A stretch of 27,303 nt of DNA from a virus: the IMG/VR virus record IMGVR_UViG_3300025530_000004, positions 1 to 27,303 of that record. One strand, 5' to 3'. This document shows positions 23,022-27,303 of this stretch, in pieces. Each line of letters opens with the position of its first letter. Position 1 is the stretch's first letter. Below the pieces are notes generated by a model. The model did not search any database, was not told the DNA's origin, and was given only the letters and a program-made list of their open reading frames with translations. The position numbers were made by a program, and so were the translations under genes.

Positions 23022-25523
23022 GTGGCTGAACCTTTTACTTCGCAACCGGACGTCGATATCACTGCCCGCTCTAGTTCTTACGACAAGAACATCCAGAAAA
23101 TCATCGACCTCAACCGTCGCCTTCGCGGTGAGTTGGAAGGGGTAAAGTCTGATCTCGAGTCTATGAACGAGGAGTTCGACAAGGCGTCGCAAAGCATCGA
23201 CCGTATGATCGCTTCCTTGCGTCGTCTTCCCGGTATCAAGGGTCGTCGTGCTTCTGGAGGGGGTATCTCTTTCGACTCAGACTCGACGTCCGAGTCAAAC
23301 CCGCGCCGACAACGCGCCTTGGCGCAAGCTAAGGAGCTTTCTCGCATCGAGGATATTTACTACCGCCAAAGGCAGGAAAGAATTCGGACTATAAAAAACT
23401 CCACCCTACAAGTATACGGGCTTGGAAAGTCTGGAGCGTCTTTTTCCAACCTTATTAATCTTGGTTTTGGGACGCTTGAGAAGTCGCTCCCGAGTAACGT
23501 CATACCTTTCCCTTCTCGCGGTGCACACGCCATGCAGGGGTTGGGGAATGCGGGTGCGGTGGCTTCTAGAGGTATCTCGGGTGTCGGTGCTTCTTCCGCT
23601 ATCGCGGCTACGGGGGTAATAGCTCTCGCAACTGGACTTGCGTCGCTGGTTGCGCTGATGCTCAAGCTCGGTTCGGACGGAGCTAAGGCGCAACTCACCA
23701 TAGCCAACTCGCAAAAGGTATTGGGAACTTCTTTTAAGGACTCCTATAACTTTGCGAAGAAGCTGAACCACGAACTAGGCATCGCGGTCAGCACGTCCAT
23801 GAAGCTCGTTTCTTCGGTTTCGCAACTCATGAAATCCTCGGGGATGTCCACCGATACGGCATCCTATATCGGTCGGACTGCGACAATTTACGCTTCGAAC
23901 ATCGCCGCGCAAACTGGCGCAAATATCGAAGCGGTTACTGACGCCATCGCCCGCGCTATCGCGACCGGGGAGGATACACTGGGACAGTTCGGTATCCACA
24001 TCCATGATAACGCGGTCAAGGCTTGGATGCTTCAAACTAGGGGTATCGACGCCTTTAACGTTGCGATTTCCGAGTCGAACATGCAGAAGTACCGCTTCTT
24101 GTTCCTAACTGAGATGATGAACCGTGCGGGGTATAATAACTACCAGACGAACAACTCTCTCGCCGCCAGCCTGACTCGGTTAAAGAACACTTGGGCTTCT
24201 CTCGTCGAGAACGCCCAAGCCATTTTCATCCCGGTCTTTCAAGCGGTCGTTACCATCCTCGAGAAGCTTAGTAGTGCTGTCCTCAAGGTCGTCAACGGCT
24301 TCCGCGAGCTTATGGGGTATGATCCCATCTTACCGAAAGTCGATGGGGTAAACCAAGCGGCTATCGACTCGGTGCAAGCGATGTATAGTCAGTACCGCAA
24401 ACTCGGAGACGAACTCGACCGGGTCAAGGGAAACCTGCACTCGTTTGACGAACTTGAAAACATCTCTGGCTTTGAACCCGCTTTGGGCGAGTTGTCCGAT
24501 CTTGACATGCAAGAAGTGCAAAAAGCCCTTGGCGAGCAAGGTCGTCTGTTAGATAAAACGAAGGAGACGGCAAACGTGTATAGCGAGAAACTCGCTAGTG
24601 GCGCACGTCGCGCCGTTGACACGTTGATCAACCGCTTGCCGCAAAGCTGGCAAGAACCAGCTCGCGCCTTCTTTAATATCAGCGATAAGACTTGGGAAGA
24701 AATGACTAAGCTTGAGAAACTTCTTAACAACCCTTGGAAAGCGACTATCGAGCTGGTAAAGGCTGGCGATGCTACCGTTTGGGACTTCATCAAGGCGGCG
24801 GTGGTGGGTTGGTTCAAAACGAGTCCGATCTATCAAACAATCCAAGCGGCTCTCGAAGGTGACCCTCAGGGGGTAATGATGGGGCTTATCAAACTGATAC
24901 TCGGTATGGTTCCTGCAACTAAACCCATCGTACTCGCGTGGCGGGGGTATGAAATGGTCAGGGACTTCTTCACTCAGCTCAAGGAGCAAGGAGTCGAGGT
25001 TTCCTTCCCCGGTATGCTTGCCAAGTTGAAGGACATCTTCTCTGAAGCCGCAAAGTTCTTAGGGGAGCGTATCGCTAGTATAGTCGATGCGGTTCGTAAT
25101 CGCGTTTCGAATGCTTGGGACACAGTAAAGACTACTTGGGGCAACGCAAAGAACTTCGTCAGCAACATCCCAACCATCACATCCACGTCCTTCTCTCTGT
25201 TCCCAAATCTTCCTAGGTATGATACTGGGGGTATCCATCAAAAGGCGCACGTGGCGGTCGTCCATCCGAACGAACTTACACTTCCGCTTGACAGCGCCGC
25301 AGGTCGCCCGGCGTACCAGAAAATCGCTAACGAACTTCTGTCCATGTCCCGTCTCGACAAAATGTTCGGGGGTAACGGACAGACGGTCATCAACTACGAC
25401 CTTGGAAGCAACAACACGCTCATCGCTGACGGAGCTTCCTTCAACCGACTTGTTGAACGCGTCCACGAGAAAATGGTTCAGAACCAACGTTTTACCGGAC
25501 CGTTCAACTTCAACGCTCGTTAA
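23022..25523 (+). CDS. Tape measure protein (833 aa)
   Basis: GTG 23022 lies 8 nt after AAGGAGG. It is the largest gene and follows the chaperones. It has a helical/coiled-coil composition and a hydrophobic central segment (GVGASSAIAATGVIALATGLASLVALMLKLG). Confidence 0.9.
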   Translation: MAEPFTSQPDVDITARSSSYDKNIQKIIDLNRRLRGELEGVKSDLESMNEEFDKASQSIDRMIASLRRLPGIKGRRASGGGISFDSDSTSESNPRRQRALAQAKELSRIEDIYYRQRQERIRTIKNSTLQVYGLGKSGASFSNLINLGFGTLEKSLPSNVIPFPSRGAHAMQGLGNAGAVASRGISGVGASSAIAATGVIALATGLASLVALMLKLGSDGAKAQLTIANSQKVLGTSFKDSYNFAKKLNHELGIAVSTSMKLVSSVSQLMKSSGMSTDTASYIGRTATIYASNIAAQTGANIEAVTDAIARAIATGEDTLGQFGIHIHDNAVKAWMLQTRGIDAFNVAISESNMQKYRFLFLTEMMNRAGYNNYQTNNSLAASLTRLKNTWASLVENAQAIFIPVFQAVVTILEKLSSAVLKVVNGFRELMGYDPILPKVDGVNQAAIDSVQAMYSQYRKLGDELDRVKGNLHSFDELENISGFEPALGELSDLDMQEVQKALGEQGRLLDKTKETANVYSEKLASGARRAVDTLINRLPQSWQEPARAFFNISDKTWEEMTKLEKLLNNPWKATIELVKAGDATVWDFIKAAVVGWFKTSPIYQTIQAALEGDPQGVMMGLIKLILGMVPATKPIVLAWRGYEMVRDFFTQLKEQGVEVSFPGMLAKLKDIFSEAAKFLGERIASIVDAVRNRVSNAWDTVKTTWGNAKNFVSNIPTITSTSFSLFPNLPRYDTGGIHQKAHVAVVHPNELTLPLDSAAGRPAYQKIANELLSMSRLDKMFGGNGQTVINYDLGSNNTLIADGASFNRLVERVHEKMVQNQRFTGPFNFNAR

Positions 25524-25535
25524 GGAGGGGTAAAC

Positions 25536-26333
25536 ATGTCCGAATCGTTGCTTACTACTATCAACGACATGTCGCACATCGACCCTGAAGTTCTTGAGTC
25601 CGACTATGAGAATCGTTCGCACGGGGGCTACAAGATCGACGATCTTGTCGTCCCTTCCCCTCTTTTGGGGACTCAGGACTTCTCTGGGAACATTATGACT
25701 GTGCAAGCCTATCGTACTATCGACAGCACGTTGGTGCAAAAAGTTCGTGCCAACATCTTTAAGACCGTCTGGGAGTATCCGCTTTTGTCCGATCAGTATC
25801 TTCGTGCCATTTGTAAACTTATTGGTCAAAAACGCGTGGCTGGTGATAACGCCTACGACGTTACTTTCCAATCTCCTTTCGCTTGGGGTAAGCCCAACCT
25901 CATCAAGGTTCGAATGTATTTGGGAAGCGATCTCATGTACACGGGTAAAGTGGTTAAACACGGTTGGATTACCCACTGGGAGTGTCGTTTCTCTTGGATA
26001 CAAATCGGCGGCGGTTTGAACTTTGAGGGTATCAACATGGACACTGGTCTTCCTCTCGGTGAACCGGAAGCGAAAGTAAAGAATAGTCTTGACTCTGGTG
26101 GCGGTGGTGAGTCACTCCAGCTCAAGTCCGACCTTAAAGTGCTTGCTGGGGGTAAAAAGCCGGGTGTCGAAGTCCTTAAGGTTCTTCCCTCCGAAGATCG
26201 CCTTATCCCTAACGAGTACCTTGTGCGCATCAACGGTATCCCGGAACTGCAAGACGAGGAGGTCATCCTCTCCTTCTTCAACGACCAGCACAACCAACCC
26301 GCTATTCTCATCAAGGAGTCTAAGGGCGCATAA
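25536..26333 (+). CDS. Distal tail protein (Dit-like, 265 aa)
   Basis: ATG 25536 follows AAGGAGGGGTAAAC. It lies immediately after the tape measure gene. Confidence 0.6.
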   Translation: MSESLLTTINDMSHIDPEVLESDYENRSHGGYKIDDLVVPSPLLGTQDFSGNIMTVQAYRTIDSTLVQKVRANIFKTVWEYPLLSDQYLRAICKLIGQKRVAGDNAYDVTFQSPFAWGKPNLIKVRMYLGSDLMYTGKVVKHGWITHWECRFSWIQIGGGLNFEGINMDTGLPLGEPEAKVKNSLDSGGGGESLQLKSDLKVLAGGKKPGVEVLKVLPSEDRLIPNEYLVRINGIPELQDEEVILSFFNDQHNQPAILIKESKGA

Positions 26334-26354
26334 TTCTGAAAGGAGGTTCTACCT

Positions 26355-27303
26355 ATGGCTAGCATACCTCTCGCAGGGAACGAGCTTTATCGGGTGCTTC
26401 TCACCTTTGATAATGAAGAGGAGTACGAGTCTTTTTCCAGACCTACACCATCCACTCCCAGACGTTTTATCGAGTACATCAACCTAAAGGAGCAAAATTC
26501 GATCACGGCTGGCAACCCTGTAGGTATCGTCTCCCCGAACTCGCTCAGCTTGCGCCTTTTCGACGAGGATAATCTGCTGAACCCGGATAACACCTCGAGT
26601 CCTTACTATGGTTATATGCGGACTGGGGTAAAGGTTGAGCTTTTTTACTCTGAGGACAACGGGGAAAGCTGGAATCCACTTGGTATCTTCTATACTGAGT
26701 CTTGGGGTATCAGTCTGTCCGAGTCGGGGTTTACTCCAGCTGAGCTTAGTTGTCAGGACAATCTCGCCTACATCGGCAACATGGAAATCCCTCCCCTCGA
26801 CGCCTACGCGGGGTTGAACGTTGCGACTTTGCTCGAGCGTGTCTTTGAGGGTTTGGGTTTGACTCCTGAAGACTATTTCATTGACCCTGCCCTTCCGACT
26901 GTGAACCTATTGTTTGCCGTCACTCCGGGGAGTAAGGTTAACGAATTGTTAAACTCTGCGGCTCAGAGTCTTTTGGCGTGGGTTAACACAAATCGGGAAG
27001 GGGTAATCACCATCGCTCCGGCTTTCCCCGAGGTTACGATTTTCGGGGAACTCGAACTTCGTCAGTCGGAAACAATCAGCTTTCGGCATAACGAACTCGC
27101 GGTCTACAACCGGGTTTATTTGCGATATAACAAGGCGGACAACCGACCATCTGACATCATTTTGTCGCTCCAGAACCAAGTCATCAAGGACGGCTTGAAC
27201 ACTTTTGAAAACCTTCAGGCTAACGACTCTATCCTCTCCATCGACGGGGTATATGTCTCTTTCCCAACCGACACCGACGACGCTCTGGGACATATATCAG
27301 ATG
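26355..27303 (+). CDS. Tail-associated / baseplate-hub-like protein, 5' part (gene continues across the linearisation point to 552; 457 aa in total)
   Basis: ATG 26355 lies 8 nt after AGGAGG (26341-26346). The frame stays open to the window end and is in phase with ORF 19-552 (pos 27177 = pos 1 = codon start, ...LQNQVIKDGLNTF...). It sits immediately after the Dit-like gene, the usual Tal position. Confidence 0.6.
   Translation, partial: MASIPLAGNELYRVLLTFDNEEEYESFSRPTPSTPRRFIEYINLKEQNSITAGNPVGIVSPNSLSLRLFDEDNLLNPDNTSSPYYGYMRTGVKVELFYSEDNGESWNPLGIFYTESWGISLSESGFTPAELSCQDNLAYIGNMEIPPLDAYAGLNVATLLERVFEGLGLTPEDYFIDPALPTVNLLFAVTPGSKVNELLNSAAQSLLAWVNTNREGVITIAPAFPEVTIFGELELRQSETISFRHNELAVYNRVYLRYNKADNRPSDIILSLQNQVIKDGLNTFENLQANDSILSIDGVYVSFPTDTDDALGHISD
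27177..27303. repeat. Second copy of the 127-bp terminal overlap
   Basis: Identical to 1-127. Confidence 0.9.

Noticed and set aside
1-27303. Apparent enrichment of the palindrome CTCGAG (roughly 15-20 copies by eye against about 7 expected)
   Set aside because: It is plausibly a by-product of the preferred Leu-Glu / Ser-Ser codon pairs (ctc-gag, tcg-ag) in acidic helical proteins. It is modest in size and not strand-informative. It needs a proper k-mer test before being taken seriously.

Overview
The window is a complete, circularly closed genome of a tailed (siphovirus-type) phage. Bases 1-127 are identical to 27177-27303, so the non-redundant unit is 27,176 bp. The linearisation point falls inside a tail gene (26355 -> 552). 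Every credible gene is on the + strand, packed tightly and usually preceded by a strong AGGAGG- or GGGGGT-type ribosome-binding site. About half the genes start with GTG or TTG.

Gene order:
- Distal tail, baseplate and fibre genes: 26355-wrap-4895.
- A terminator-flanked ORFan: 5048-5629.
- Lysis cassette, holin then endolysin: 5737-7031.
- Three ORFans: 7100-8542.
- The largest non-coding region, 8543-8758: terminator, C-rich direct repeats, AT-rich stretch, consensus-like extended -10 promoter.
- A small early module, 8759-12662: MerR/excisionase-type HTH, ORFans, HNH endonuclease, XRE-like HTH.
- A canonical morphogenesis operon, 12805-26333: TerS, TerL, portal, S78 protease/scaffold, major capsid with an Ig-like C-terminus, head-tail connector genes, major tail protein, G/GT chaperones with a T7 slippery run, tape measure, Dit.

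I found no integrase, repressor/Cro pair, DNA polymerase, helicase, primase, tRNA or CRISPR.

The most unusual signal is not a gene. The hexamer GGGGTA (never followed by C) occurs about 89 times on the + strand, against 2 times for its complement and about 6-7 expected. It occurs in all three codon phases and across all modules.

All calls come from reading the sequence and ORF track by eye. Family assignments rest on remembered motifs, not searches.
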